This document shows, piece by piece, positions 21,478-33,653 of a stretch of DNA of 64,000 nt (position 1 is its first letter; every line of letters begins with the position of its first letter). Made by a program: the position numbers and the translations under genes. The notes below the pieces were generated by a model. The model made no database searches and was not told the DNA's origin. It saw only the letters and a program-made list of their open reading frames with translations. Source of the stretch: Deltaproteobacteria bacterium (lineage in GTDB: Bacteria; Desulfobacterota; Binatia; Binatales; Binataceae); contig JAKBMB010000011.1 of the NCBI GenBank assembly GCA_021831785.1, forward strand, positions 129,491-193,490, given 5' to 3'.

Positions 21478-21708
21478 CGTAATTTAGATATTAGGCTACT
21501 GCTTGACATCGTGGCAATCGGCCTGCTTTACGCAGCAGTGTCTCAGTGTTATCAAGATGTGAAAAGTCAACTTGCGAGCGCGCCGTGGAGTATGTTAGGT
21601 TGAACCAGCGTTTTGGAGTCTGCGCGAGGGCTTTAGTTTATTTCCGCAAGATTCAATCCGGCTTACGTTCCAAGCTCGGGAGCAGGTCCGCAGAGTGTGC
21701 TCGTATGA

Positions 21709-23683
<1,975 letters not shown>

Positions 23684-23698
23684 GCGCCAGCCTGCGCC

Positions 23699-24208
23699 GT
23701 GCGGATCGCCGTCCTGTTTTCCTTGGCTGCGTTCACTGCACTGGCCGTGCAGACCTCGGTGATGCATCTTATCGGGGTGATCGCCTTAGTGCCTGATCTA
23801 TTGCTCGTGCTGGCGGTTAATCTCGGACTTCGCCATCATAACTTGGTCGCTGCGATCCTCGCGTTTGCGCTCGGCTACGCTACCGATGCCTTTTCCGGCA
23901 CCCGGATCGGGCTCAACGCCCTCCTGGTCACGATAGTCTTTTTTGTGTGCTACGAGACTTCTCGCCACTTATGGGTCAATAACGACGTGGTCGGCTCGGT
24001 CGCCGTGTTCCTGGCGGTAGTGTTCAGGGACTTCGGCACTTTGCTGCTGACCGGGGCGGGCCAAGACCTACAGGTGCATGCCGGGCGGATTTTCGCGCAG
24101 ATCTTCGCGCAGGCACTGCTCACGGCGTGCCTGACGCCGATGGTATTCGCGCTTTTGCGTAAAGGCGGCAAATTGCTTGGATTGCCCGCAACGAGTCAGC
24201 GCGAGTAA
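23699..24208 (+). CDS. mreD: rod-shape-determining protein MreD
   Basis: 169-aa polytopic membrane protein in the conserved mreBCD position. Confidence 0.6.
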   Translation: MRIAVLFSLAAFTALAVQTSVMHLIGVIALVPDLLLVLAVNLGLRHHNLVAAILAFALGYATDAFSGTRIGLNALLVTIVFFVCYETSRHLWVNNDVVGSVAVFLAVVFRDFGTLLLTGAGQDLQVHAGRIFAQIFAQALLTACLTPMVFALLRKGGKLLGLPATSQRE

Positions 24209-24373
24209 GCTGTATCCTAGGAGGAGAAGTGCACGAGGAGATGCTCGATAGTCCTCGGTCTTGGCACACGTAGTGCTTTTGAGTGCGAACTTTATCATTT
24301 TAAATCTTTATCGGGCTTATGCTTGCGTTAGACTTCGGCGCCGAGGTCCGACGAGCGCGAGGTAAGCAGGCTT

Positions 24374-26275
24374 TTGGCTAGCGTTAACCGCTGGTACGGC
24401 TCCGGCGCCTCGCCACGCTTCGAGCTTCGGCTCAAAGCGCTGGCCGCGCTGATGTTTGTGGCGCTAGCCGCGGTGGCGGCGCGTCTGTATTACCTCCAGA
24501 TCGTTTCCACCAAGCAGCTCGCCGAGCTGGCCGATCGAAATCGCATCCGGACGCTGCGCGTGCCAGCGCCGCGCGGGTTGGTTTTCGACCGCAATCACCG
24601 TGTGTTAGTGGATACGCGACCGTCGTTCGACGCGATGTTGGTTCCGGAGGACTCGACCGATCTTACCTCGACCATCAGGAACCTCGAGCGCTATTTGGGT
24701 GGCGACCACTTCGCTGACAAACTCGCCGAAGCGCAGGACGACGGACGCTCCGCCTTCGAGCCGATAGCGGTGAAAGAGCGGCTCGACTGGGATCAGGTGG
24801 TGGCATTGGAAACCCATCAACTCGAGCTTCCCGGGGTGAGCCTCGCAGTGACTCCCCGTCGCCACTACCCTTACGGTGCGCTGGCAGCGCACTTACTCGG
24901 CTACGTCGGCGAGGTCAACCGGCAGGATTTGGCCAAGCTGCCGGATTACCGCGTCGGCGACGAGATTGGCCGCTTCGGGCTGGAGCGCGGATTGGAAGGC
25001 TTTCTGCGCGGCGCCAGCGGCGGCCGCCAAATCGAGGTGGATGCGGTAGGTCGGCGCTTGCGTCTGCTTGGTGAGGTGCCCGAGCAGCCTGGCCGCAACG
25101 TCACCTTGACGATCGACCTTGAGGTTCAGCAAGCCGCCGAACAGGCACTCGGAGCGCAAACCGGCGCCGTGGTGGCGATCGATCCCAACAACGGTGAGAT
25201 CATCGCCATCGCAAGCCATCCCAGCTTCGACCCCAACAACTTCACCGGGGGTATCAGCTCCGCAGCCTGGCGCGCCTTGGCCAAGGCACCCGACCATCCG
25301 CTAGAAAACCGCGCGATTCAAGGCGTTTACCCGCCGGGGTCAACCTTCAAGGTGGTGGATGCAATCGCAGCTTTGCAGGAAAAAGCTATCACCCCGGCCA
25401 CGGTGTTTTTCTGCCCCGGGGGTCTTTGGTACGGCAATCGGGAATACCGATGCTGGCGCAAGGAAGGACACGGAGACGTCGCTTTGCATCGGGCGATCGT
25501 GCAATCCTGCGACGTCTATTTTTATGAGGTCGGGTTACGGTTGGGGATCGATCGTCTAGCCCACTGGGCCGAGCAATTGGGGCTCGGACAGCGCAGCGGG
25601 ATACGGCTGGGCGAAGAGCGGACGGGTCTGATACCGTCGTCGGCCTGGAAGCGCAAACGCTTCGGTGAGCGCTGGTATCCGGCGGAAACGCTTTCGGTCG
25701 CGATCGGTCAAGGCTACGTCGGGGTGACGGCGCTGCAGATGGCGCAGCTCGCGGCTGAAATCGCCAGCGGCGGCATTCGCTACCGACCGCATTTCGTGCG
25801 CGAGGTTGTGGGCGCTGACGGGCGCGTGGCGCAGTCCTACAAGGCTGAAGTCGAAGCCCGGATCAACGTGGACCCGAGCGTGCTGGCGGCAGTGCGTGAC
25901 GCGATGGCCGACGTGGTCAACGGCGCCGGCGGCACGGGCCATCGTGCGCAGTTGGAGCACATTACCGTATGCGGCAAGACCGGCACGGCGCAGGTCGTCA
26001 AGGAGGCGCAAGGCGACCGGGTCAAGGAAGAGAATCTGCCTGAGCGTTATCGCGACCATGGATGGTTTATCGCATTCGCGCCCAAAGAGCAGCCGCAGAT
26101 AGCCGTCGCCTGTGTCATCGAGCATGGCGGGCACGGGGGGAGTTCGGCTGGTCCGGTCGTGCACGACGTGATGGCTAAGTTCTTCGAGCTCTATCCGCCC
26201 AAGGGGCTGCCTGCCGCGACTAAGCTGCAAGAGGCCCTCGACGCCGGATCGCGCGCCAACAAACGGGCGGACTAA
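24374..26275 (+). CDS. mrdA: peptidoglycan D,D-transpeptidase PBP2
   Basis: SxxK (GSTFKVV), SxN and KTGTAQV motifs; N-terminal TM anchor and PBP dimerisation domain. Confidence 0.85.
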   Translation: MASVNRWYGSGASPRFELRLKALAALMFVALAAVAARLYYLQIVSTKQLAELADRNRIRTLRVPAPRGLVFDRNHRVLVDTRPSFDAMLVPEDSTDLTSTIRNLERYLGGDHFADKLAEAQDDGRSAFEPIAVKERLDWDQVVALETHQLELPGVSLAVTPRRHYPYGALAAHLLGYVGEVNRQDLAKLPDYRVGDEIGRFGLERGLEGFLRGASGGRQIEVDAVGRRLRLLGEVPEQPGRNVTLTIDLEVQQAAEQALGAQTGAVVAIDPNNGEIIAIASHPSFDPNNFTGGISSAAWRALAKAPDHPLENRAIQGVYPPGSTFKVVDAIAALQEKAITPATVFFCPGGLWYGNREYRCWRKEGHGDVALHRAIVQSCDVYFYEVGLRLGIDRLAHWAEQLGLGQRSGIRLGEERTGLIPSSAWKRKRFGERWYPAETLSVAIGQGYVGVTALQMAQLAAEIASGGIRYRPHFVREVVGADGRVAQSYKAEVEARINVDPSVLAAVRDAMADVVNGAGGTGHRAQLEHITVCGKTGTAQVVKEAQGDRVKEENLPERYRDHGWFIAFAPKEQPQIAVACVIEHGGHGGSSAGPVVHDVMAKFFELYPPKGLPAATKLQEALDAGSRANKRAD

Positions 26276-26298
26276 ACCCGGCTTCGCTTAAGCGGTAG

Positions 26299-27405
26299 AT
26301 GCCCTTAGATCGCCGGATTCTGTACCATTTCGACTGGCAGATTGCGGTGCTGACGCTGGTTCTGGCGTTGATCGGTCTGCTCGCCGTAATTAGCGCCTCG
26401 TATGGCGGACCTCGTCATCATGGGCTTCCCCCGCTCGTGGTGCGTCAGTTGATCTGGATCGGTGTGGGCGCTGTGGTGATGGTGTTCGCGGCGCTTTTTG
26501 ACTACCGCGCGTTGAGCCGCTACGCCTACGTCATCTATCTCGGGAGTCTTACCATTTTGGGTCTCGTGCTGTTGGCCGGTCATTCAACCGGCGGAGCGCG
26601 CCGCTGGCTCAATCTCGGCGTTATCCAGCTCGAACCCTCGGAGCTGGTCAAGCTCGCGCTGATCATCGTGGTAGCTCAACTGTTCAAGGAGCGGCCGCTT
26701 GCCGGCGGACTGCGCCTGCGCCATCTGGCGGCGCCGACCGCTTGTGTGGCCGTTCCGATGCTGATGATAATCAAGGAACCCGATCTCGGCTCGGCCCTGC
26801 TGCTGGTCTTGGTCTTCGCGACCCTCGTTTTCGCCGCCGGCTTAAACCTTCGCACTCTCGGAGCAATTCTGCTTGCCGTGGCGCTGGCTGCGCCGGTCGC
26901 CTGGCATTACCTCAAACCTTATCAGCGGGAGCGGATCGTCAGCTTCATCGACCCGCAAGCCGATCCCCTCGGGGCCGGCTACCATATTATCCAGTCGGAA
27001 ATTGCGGTGGGGTCCGGCGGACCGTGGGGCAAGGGGTTTCTGCAGGGTACGCAGGGCAGGCTTAATTTTTTGCCTGAGCAGACCACCGATTTCATCTTCT
27101 CGGTGTTCGCCGAAGAGTTCGGCTTTGCGGGCTCGCTGGCGTTGCTGGCGGTCTATGCGCTCTTGATCTCGCACGGGCTCTGGATCGCGCGCCAGACGCG
27201 CGACCGCTTCGGTGCCATCTTGGCGCTGGGCGTGGTCGCCACCGTGTTTTGGCAGGTGACGATTAACATCGGCATGGCCGCGGGCATCCTCCCCGTGGTC
27301 GGCATCACTTTGCCGCTGGTAAGCTACGGCGGCTCATCGCTGATCGTGATGATGGCCGAGCTGGGGCTCTTGATCAGCGTCAATGTGCGCCGATTCCTAT
27401 TCTAG
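26299..27405 (+). CDS. mrdB: SEDS-family peptidoglycan glycosyltransferase RodA
   Basis: 10-TM SEDS protein (DFIFSVFAEEFGF, PLVSYGGSS) immediately after mrdA. Confidence 0.85.
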   Translation: MPLDRRILYHFDWQIAVLTLVLALIGLLAVISASYGGPRHHGLPPLVVRQLIWIGVGAVVMVFAALFDYRALSRYAYVIYLGSLTILGLVLLAGHSTGGARRWLNLGVIQLEPSELVKLALIIVVAQLFKERPLAGGLRLRHLAAPTACVAVPMLMIIKEPDLGSALLLVLVFATLVFAAGLNLRTLGAILLAVALAAPVAWHYLKPYQRERIVSFIDPQADPLGAGYHIIQSEIAVGSGGPWGKGFLQGTQGRLNFLPEQTTDFIFSVFAEEFGFAGSLALLAVYALLISHGLWIARQTRDRFGAILALGVVATVFWQVTINIGMAAGILPVVGITLPLVSYGGSSLIVMMAELGLLISVNVRRFLF

Positions 27406-27441
27406 GCGGCGCGCCTTGCTTCGTGGCCGCCAGCCGGCGCA

Positions 27442-28083
27442 TCAGTGGAAGAAATACGACACGCCGAAAACCGCGCCGCCCGGCGACTCAAGACCGTAGT
27501 CGGTACCGTGGGTGTAGGCGTTGGAAACGTGCTCGACTTGGTAGCCGGCGTAAAACGCGGTGTGTTCGGTCGCGAAATAGCTCAGCCCGAAGCCCGCTTG
27601 GATCAAAAACATGAAGGGCCCCTGCAGTCCCGATATACGCAGGTCGGTCCCGCCGGGCGCCGCGCTTGCGTTCACGTAGGGCACGAATCGGCCGAAGCGC
27701 CAGTGGATAAGGTAGTAGCGCAGTGCGAGCCCCACGCCGGCGAAATTTTGCCCCAACGTCTCGAAGCGCTGGAAGACCGGCTGGAGACCGACTTCCAGCG
27801 CTCCGTCGAGCCCGCCGCCGAGGAGGTTCATCCGAAACGAATCGAAGGGCAGCACGGAAAACCGCGCGGCCAAGTCCCAGGTCTGAACGAAAGTCGAGTT
27901 GAGGCGCCCCCCGAAATGGTTGATACCGCCTTCGGCCGACACCACGAGCGTGTAACGGGTGAAAGGTTCAAATGAATCAGCCGCATTGGCTATGCAGAGG
28001 GTCGGCGGCGCCAAGGCTCCGAGCAAAAGGAAGATCGCCGTGCCCATCCGCCTAAGCAGCCGGGGGCGCTGACTAGCGGTCAT
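27442..28083 (-). CDS. PagL-like outer-membrane acyloxyacyl hydrolase (lipid A deacylase family)
   Basis: Signal peptide, small 8-strand barrel pattern, conserved His/Ser near the C-terminus and terminal FGVSYFFH. Confidence 0.5.
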   Translation of the reverse strand: MTASQRPRLLRRMGTAIFLLLGALAPPTLCIANAADSFEPFTRYTLVVSAEGGINHFGGRLNSTFVQTWDLAARFSVLPFDSFRMNLLGGGLDGALEVGLQPVFQRFETLGQNFAGVGLALRYYLIHWRFGRFVPYVNASAAPGGTDLRISGLQGPFMFLIQAGFGLSYFATEHTAFYAGYQVEHVSNAYTHGTDYGLESPGGAVFGVSYFFH

Positions 28084-28113
28084 TGTCCAGCTTTCCCGGC
28101 GTGTGGCAGTGTC

Positions 28114-28311
28114 CTAATTTGATTCCTCTACGTCTCGTTTCAAATCGAAGCTCAAATTGTAAGCTTCTGTGTCTACGCGAAGTACCCCGTCCACAAAGGC
28201 GGCTTTACCGTTAAAAGACGGAACTTTGGCCAGCTCGTTCACAATCGCTCTGATATGTTTGGAAATGACTTCAGCGGATTTGCACCGCTTCTTCAATGTT
28301 CTTGCGTCCAC
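28114..28311 (-). CDS. small hypothetical protein in a low-GC islet
   Basis: 65-aa ORF in an about 230-bp segment of clearly lower GC than its flanks; no family recognised. Confidence 0.25.
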   Translation of the reverse strand: MDARTLKKRCKSAEVISKHIRAIVNELAKVPSFNGKAAFVDGVLRVDTEAYNLSFDLKRDVEESN

Positions 28312-28531
28312 TCGATCTGCCTCCCGTCCTCGGCGCTATATAGCCGCATCGACAAGCAGCTGAAAGCGACCCACACAATGATCTTCTGTAGTGGACACTA
28401 CCCGGCGTGTTAGTTCAGCGCTGCGGGCGCGCCCCGCTCACGCGCCGGGTAAAGCGGCCGCTTGTACGTAACCGCGCGCAATACTTCGTGAAGGTCGGGA
28501 TGCGACCGCGGCTTTAAAGCTCCCCTCCCGC

Positions 28532-28963
28532 CTAGGGGAACATAAAGGGGCTGAACGAATTCAGCATCATCATCTGATTTTCCTGCGCCGCCTCCTCGTT
28601 CATCAGCGCCGCCTGTTGCGCCTCATCCACCATTTCTTTCTGAATCAAAATCTGTTGATACCGCGTGTAGGCCGCTTGGTCGCCCCGCATCACGCATTTG
28701 CACGAGTACGGGTCCGAATACCAGTAGATCATCCCCTTTCGGCTCGGGTAGTGATGGAGCTGCAGCGGCGGCAGGGAGGCGACCAGATTTTTCTGCTGGT
28801 CCGACGCGGCCGTCACCGTGACGAACCCTGCCGCGGTGAGCATCGACTCGGTCTGCTTCGCCTGCTTGAGCTTCTGGTCGAACTTGTACTGCCGGTAGTA
28901 CGAGCAGCCCGTCAGCAGGTTGAGCGCCGCAATCATCAATGAGAGACGGCCGAGCAAACGCAT
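28532..28963 (-). CDS. lipoprotein, function unknown
   Basis: Lipobox LLTGC after a signal peptide; Q/M-rich C-terminus. Confidence 0.5.
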   Translation of the reverse strand: MRLLGRLSLMIAALNLLTGCSYYRQYKFDQKLKQAKQTESMLTAAGFVTVTAASDQQKNLVASLPPLQLHHYPSRKGMIYWYSDPYSCKCVMRGDQAAYTRYQQILIQKEMVDEAQQAALMNEEAAQENQMMMLNSFSPFMFP

Positions 28964-29630
28964 ACCTTGGTCCTGTGCGGCGATAAGGCTGACCGCGCCG
29001 CGGTTATCTGGTCAGGTTCGCCGGGCCCGATGAGCCGCAAGTCTCTATCTCGGCCCGCACGTAATTGCGTTGTCACGTTCAAGGGTCAGATGCCGCTCGG
29101 AGCTTGCAGCCGGCAAAAGCAGCGTCATCGTCGATAGTCCGCTATATTGTTTATTCTTCTTATTCTTCGGGCTCGCGCTCCTATTTGTCAACGCTGGCTT
29201 CTTGTCGCCGGCAAGGCCCTTGTCGCTACCTGCTAGGATCCGAGCAGCGGCCGCGGGCCATTTCTTTTTGCCGCCGGCGCATTCATTACCACCTAAGCCG
29301 CGCGTGGCGCTCCCAGTGGAGCTGGCCTAGCCCGATGGAAGGCGCGATTTGTCTTTCGCCTGTTCTGCGCCGCCTGGCGAGCTAGCCTCCTTGTGTGTCA
29401 GGGCCGGACAACTTCGCCGAATAGCGCTATGTCCCTTTTTTGAGCAGCCAATTCGTCTCTCCCGCCCCTTTTATACGCCAGGCAGTCGAGACGCAGGAAA
29501 CTTGGCGTAGCGAAAATCTAAAGCTGCCTTAGCGTGAGTCAAGCAGGCTTAGAACACCCGAACCGGGGACCTAAACCGCCCGTCCTACGTTCTCGCCGAG
29601 ACGGTAAATCTAGCTTGGATTGCGCGGCCG

Positions 29631-31298
29631 GTGGCACGAACAATGCTCGCCTATGCGCTTGCCGGCGGGGAAGTTCGGACGACTTCACCGAAGGCACAAG
29701 GCGTTTGTATGGGGACAACGGTTGTAGCGAGGGGCAAGTCCGGCCAGGTCGTGATAGTTGCCGCTCTGGCGATGCTGGGGTTGGTTGGCTTCACGGCGCT
29801 CGCGGTCGACGTGGGCTACTTGCGCCGCCAACAGACTTTGATGCAGACCGCCGCCGACAGCGCCGCTATCGCCGGTGCCTGGACGCTGAGCCAGGCCGGG
29901 AATTGGCAGGCGGCCGGACAGAACGATGCTTCGCTCAATGGCTTCACTGACGGTCTCAATGGCGTCAGCGTGACACTTAGCCAGCCCACCTTGGGTCAGT
30001 ATACCGGGTCACAATACGTGCAAGCGCTGATCGCGGCGAACCAGCCGACATTTTTTATGCGCGTCTTCGGCATGGACTCGGTCGCGCTTAATGCCATAGC
30101 AATAGCGTACGCCGGCAACAGCCGCGATTGCGTTTATGCGCTCGACCCTTCCGCGCAGACGGCGCTCTCCCTCGCGTCGGGCGCGAGCCTGACGAGTGCC
30201 TGCGGCGTCATCGTGAATTCGACCAGTAATCAGGCGTTGCAGGTGACCTCGGGTGGGGATCTGACAGCTCCATGGGTCGGTCTTGGCAGCTCCAGTCCGC
30301 AAGGATCGTTGCCGGCAAACACGCACTACCCAATCGTTCAGGTCAGCGATCCGCTGGCGTACCTCGCGCCGCCGAGCTTCAGCAATGCTAACTCCAATCC
30401 CGGCACAACGGGCTGCTCGCAGCCGGGGTTCACCCTTGCAGGCTCGAAACAGAAGGTGATCACGCCGTGCACCTACACTAGCCAGATCATGGTCGCCTCG
30501 GGCTCCTCGCTGACTTTCGACAGCGGAAACTACACGCTCGAGGGCGGACTTACGGTGGCGGCCAACGGCTCGGCGACGCTCAGCCCGGGGAATTACACCA
30601 TTCAGGGCGGGATTTCTCTGTCGAGCACGTCGACCCTGAACCTCGGCCAAGGCAATTACTACATCACCGGCGGTTTCGCCGCCTCGAGCGGGTCGACGGC
30701 GACGCTCGGGCCGGGGAACTATTTTATTCAGGGGCCGCCTTCTAACGGAAACTGCGATCTGGGCGCGATCGAGCTGAGCAGCGGCGCCAGTGCGACGCTC
30801 GGAGCAGGAACCTACGTGCTTGAGGGAGGCATCAGCGTCGGCAGTAACAGCACGCTGAACCTCGGCGCGGGCACTTACGTCCTCGAAGGCGGAGGCATGG
30901 ACGTCTGCTCCGGCGGCACCTTAACCGGCACCGGGGTCACTTTCTATAACACGCAAAACGGAACCAGTTATCCCTACCAGGGCGTCAACCTAAATTCAGG
31001 CTCCAACATTTCCCTGACGGCGCCGACGACGGGTTCGCTCGCGGGCATTCTGTTCTTCCAGGACCGCAGTGTCGGCTCGTCGGGCGCGTCCAGCTACATG
31101 GACAGCGGCGCCGACGCAACCTTCCAAGGCGCGCTGTATTTTCCGACTACCTCGCTTAACTACTCCTCCGGCGCCGACGCCGCCTACACGATTATCGTGG
31201 CGGACACCGTGCACATGACTAGCGGCAGCACGCTGAACAACGATTACTCGTCGCTTGTCAACGGCTCGCCGATCAAGCAAGCGACCTTGGTTCAATAG
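29631..31298 (+). CDS. TadG-like pilus pseudopilin with tandem beta-helical repeats
   Basis: Tad_N (TadE/G-like) N-terminus (VVIVAALAMLGLVGFTALAVDVGYLRRQQTLMQTAADSAAIAGA), then at least six 21-aa repeats (SPGNYTIQGGISLSSTSTLNL ...). Likely start at 29709. Confidence 0.65.
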   Translation: MARTMLAYALAGGEVRTTSPKAQGVCMGTTVVARGKSGQVVIVAALAMLGLVGFTALAVDVGYLRRQQTLMQTAADSAAIAGAWTLSQAGNWQAAGQNDASLNGFTDGLNGVSVTLSQPTLGQYTGSQYVQALIAANQPTFFMRVFGMDSVALNAIAIAYAGNSRDCVYALDPSAQTALSLASGASLTSACGVIVNSTSNQALQVTSGGDLTAPWVGLGSSSPQGSLPANTHYPIVQVSDPLAYLAPPSFSNANSNPGTTGCSQPGFTLAGSKQKVITPCTYTSQIMVASGSSLTFDSGNYTLEGGLTVAANGSATLSPGNYTIQGGISLSSTSTLNLGQGNYYITGGFAASSGSTATLGPGNYFIQGPPSNGNCDLGAIELSSGASATLGAGTYVLEGGISVGSNSTLNLGAGTYVLEGGGMDVCSGGTLTGTGVTFYNTQNGTSYPYQGVNLNSGSNISLTAPTTGSLAGILFFQDRSVGSSGASSYMDSGADATFQGALYFPTTSLNYSSGADAAYTIIVADTVHMTSGSTLNNDYSSLVNGSPIKQATLVQ

Positions 31299-31300
31299 CG

Positions 31301-31897
31301 ATGAAAACGGATAATCGCCTATCTCTCCCATTCCCAGCGTTGCGCAAGTATCGTTGCAATCCGTCAGCGATGAGCGGGTTCGGCGATTTGTCGGCGTCGG
31401 GCGGGCTCGGCGATTTGCGCAAACCGCTCGAAAGACCCTGGGCCGTAGCGCTCAACGCGAGCAAAGGCCACCGCCGGAGCATCGGCCAAAGCGCGATCGA
31501 GTTAGGCCTGGCTATCCCGGTCTGCATCGGATTAATGCTGGGCGCGATCGAGGCCGGGCGTTTGGCCTACGCCGCCCTGACCGTCAGCAACGCCGCCGTC
31601 GCCGGCGCGCGTTACGGTGCTCAGAGCGTGGCCACCGCGGCGGATCTCTCGGGTATGGAAAGCGCTGCCGCAAGCAATGCGCAAGGCGTCCAGAACTTCA
31701 CCGCTACCGCTTCATGTTACCTCCAGTGCGGCACCGGCGGCTCCCAGATAACCTGCGGCGCGGGTAGCTGCACCAGCGGCCAGCAAACTATATATGTCAC
31801 GGTCAACACGTCCGCCGGGTTCAAGAGCCTGACCAGCTACCCTTTCGTAACTTGGCCGACTACCGTTTCCGGACAGGCGACGATGCGCGTGGAATGA
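31301..31897 (+). CDS. TadE-like pseudopilin
   Basis: TadE signature (GQSAIELGLAIPVCIGLMLGAIEAGRLAYAAL); start codon uncertain. Confidence 0.55.
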   Translation: MKTDNRLSLPFPALRKYRCNPSAMSGFGDLSASGGLGDLRKPLERPWAVALNASKGHRRSIGQSAIELGLAIPVCIGLMLGAIEAGRLAYAALTVSNAAVAGARYGAQSVATAADLSGMESAAASNAQGVQNFTATASCYLQCGTGGSQITCGAGSCTSGQQTIYVTVNTSAGFKSLTSYPFVTWPTTVSGQATMRVE

Positions 31898-32442
31898 AGC
31901 TAGCTCGGCGAGCAATGCGGACCGCTTCCGCGGACGACTCAAGAAGACGGCTGCCGGCGGCCGCGAGCGCCGAGAGGCGGGCCCATCTTTTCGCGCCCGC
32001 AGGCGCTCGCGCTCTGCCGCTTCGCTGCCCGTTGCATCAGCGGCGGTTCGGGAGGTTCGCGCTAGGCCAGAGCACGGCGGAATTTGCGCTGGTCCTGCCG
32101 CTGCTGTTGCTGGTCGTCATTGGCCTTTTCTGGTTAAGCCAGCTTCTCGAAGCCTATGACTTCGTCTCGTACGCTGCGCAGGCTGCGACGCGGTATGCCA
32201 TCGTGCGCGGGGCGACCAGCCCGCAACCGGCCACCACCAATGACATCGCGGGCGTGGTGACCAACATGGCCGCCGGCCTCAATCCCAAGCAGCTCACGGT
32301 TACCACGACGTGGACGCCGAATAACCAGCCCGGCAGCACCGTTGAGGTGCAGGTGCAATACGCTTTTCAGCTCCCGCTGCCCTTGATGCCGTCGAGCGCG
32401 ATTTCGCTGTCTGCCAGCAGCGAGATGGTGATCTCGCAATGA
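31852..32442 (+). CDS. TadE/TadF-like pseudopilin
   Basis: TadE signature (GQSTAEFALVLPLLLLVVIGLFWLSQLL); Arg-rich N-terminal extension probably not translated. Confidence 0.5.
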   Translation: MADYRFRTGDDARGMKLARRAMRTASADDSRRRLPAAASAERRAHLFAPAGARALPLRCPLHQRRFGRFALGQSTAEFALVLPLLLLVVIGLFWLSQLLEAYDFVSYAAQAATRYAIVRGATSPQPATTNDIAGVVTNMAAGLNPKQLTVTTTWTPNNQPGSTVEVQVQYAFQLPLPLMPSSAISLSASSEMVISQ

Positions 32443-32474
32443 TGCGGCGCCATGGCAGCGGCCGTTCGCCTAGG

Positions 32475-33653
32475 TCACGAACGCTCGACCACCGAGCCCA
32501 TCGCGCTCGTGTCATAGCCGCAAAGACTGCTCACTTCGCGCGCGAAACGCGAGGAGCTGAGCGCATCGATTACCGCCCGAACCGCGGTCTCGCCGGCCGC
32601 CTGCTTAGTGACGACCAGGTCGTAGCGCTCGTTGCGCAAAGTCACAAAGTCGAGGCCGAACGCTTCGGCTGCGACCCTAAGCGTGGCCGCCGCGTCGGCG
32701 CGTCCCTGGGCCACGGTGGCCGCTGCCTCCAGATGGCTGCGAACTTCCGGCCCGGTTCTCGCGCAGCGGCCTAGACTAAGCCCGCTTTGCGCCAGTGCTT
32801 GTTCCAGTGCCTGGCGCGCGCCCGAGCCCGGCTCGCGCAGCGCAAGCCTGACTCCAGGCCGGGCGACATCGGCGGGCCCGCGTATCTCCAGCGGGTTGCC
32901 GACGGGGACCGCCAAGCCCAGCTCCCAACGGGCAAAATGAACCATCACGAACGGTTCATCCCCAAGCGCCTGGCGCACCGCATCGAAGTTGAAATCCGAA
33001 GCCGCCCGCGGCGCAGCGGCGCAGGTCTCGACGCTGCTGTTGCGCAGATGCACCCCGGCGCAATGCACCATTCCGGCGCGCAGGGCGCGCAGCGCGGCGA
33101 GGCTCGAGCGTTCCAGGCAGACCGCGCGAACGTTGCCCGGTAAACGCCCCATATATTCCTCCAGCAGCGCCCCGGCCGGGTCGCACCCGGCGACCAGCAC
33201 GGTGGAATCGATCTCCGCGGCCGAACGAAAGGCGAGCACCTGCGCTTTGGCGCCATGGCTGACAAGGCGCTCGATAACGCCCGCTGCCGGGAGCAGCTTT
33301 AAGTTGACCGGCGGCCGCGTCGCGGCGACGATCTGGCCGCCGACACGCGCCAAATAAAGCCCGGGCCTGTGAGCCGGCCGCTGCGCCGCCTGCGGCTCCT
33401 CTTGCGCCTCCAGCACCACCGCAGCCACGCGCTCGAACTTGCTCTCGAAATCGCCCGCGAATAGCTGCTCCACACTTTTGCCCAACGCGCGGCTAAGTTT
33501 TAACGCCACTCCTACCGTGGGCTGGTAGACCCCGGCCTCGATCGCGCTCAACGCCTGGCGCGAAATGTCCGCTTGGTGCGCGAGCGCGGCCTGAGTCAGT
33601 CCGCGCTCGACTCGCGCGCTCTTGAGCACGCTATGCTTTCCGACGCCGGCCAT
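32475..33653 (-). CDS. XRE-family HTH transcriptional regulator with C-terminal PBP-like (periplasmic-binding-protein-fold) domain
   Basis: N-terminal HTH_XRE (RGLTQAALAHQADISRQALSAIEAG) and a long substrate-binding-like domain; start at 33653 (MAGVGK). Confidence 0.6.
   Translation of the reverse strand: MAGVGKHSVLKSARVERGLTQAALAHQADISRQALSAIEAGVYQPTVGVALKLSRALGKSVEQLFAGDFESKFERVAAVVLEAQEEPQAAQRPAHRPGLYLARVGGQIVAATRPPVNLKLLPAAGVIERLVSHGAKAQVLAFRSAAEIDSTVLVAGCDPAGALLEEYMGRLPGNVRAVCLERSSLAALRALRAGMVHCAGVHLRNSSVETCAAAPRAASDFNFDAVRQALGDEPFVMVHFARWELGLAVPVGNPLEIRGPADVARPGVRLALREPGSGARQALEQALAQSGLSLGRCARTGPEVRSHLEAAATVAQGRADAAATLRVAAEAFGLDFVTLRNERYDLVVTKQAAGETAVRAVIDALSSSRFAREVSSLCGYDTSAMGSVVERS

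Noticed and set aside
28964-29630. Searched for an flp pilin gene (G-rich leader, GATAIEYGLI motif) upstream of the TadG-like gene
   Set aside because: No small ORF with a Flp-type signal or motif in any frame. The small ORFs present (29065..29385, 29070..29330) are Arg/Ser-rich and lack a hydrophobic pilin core.
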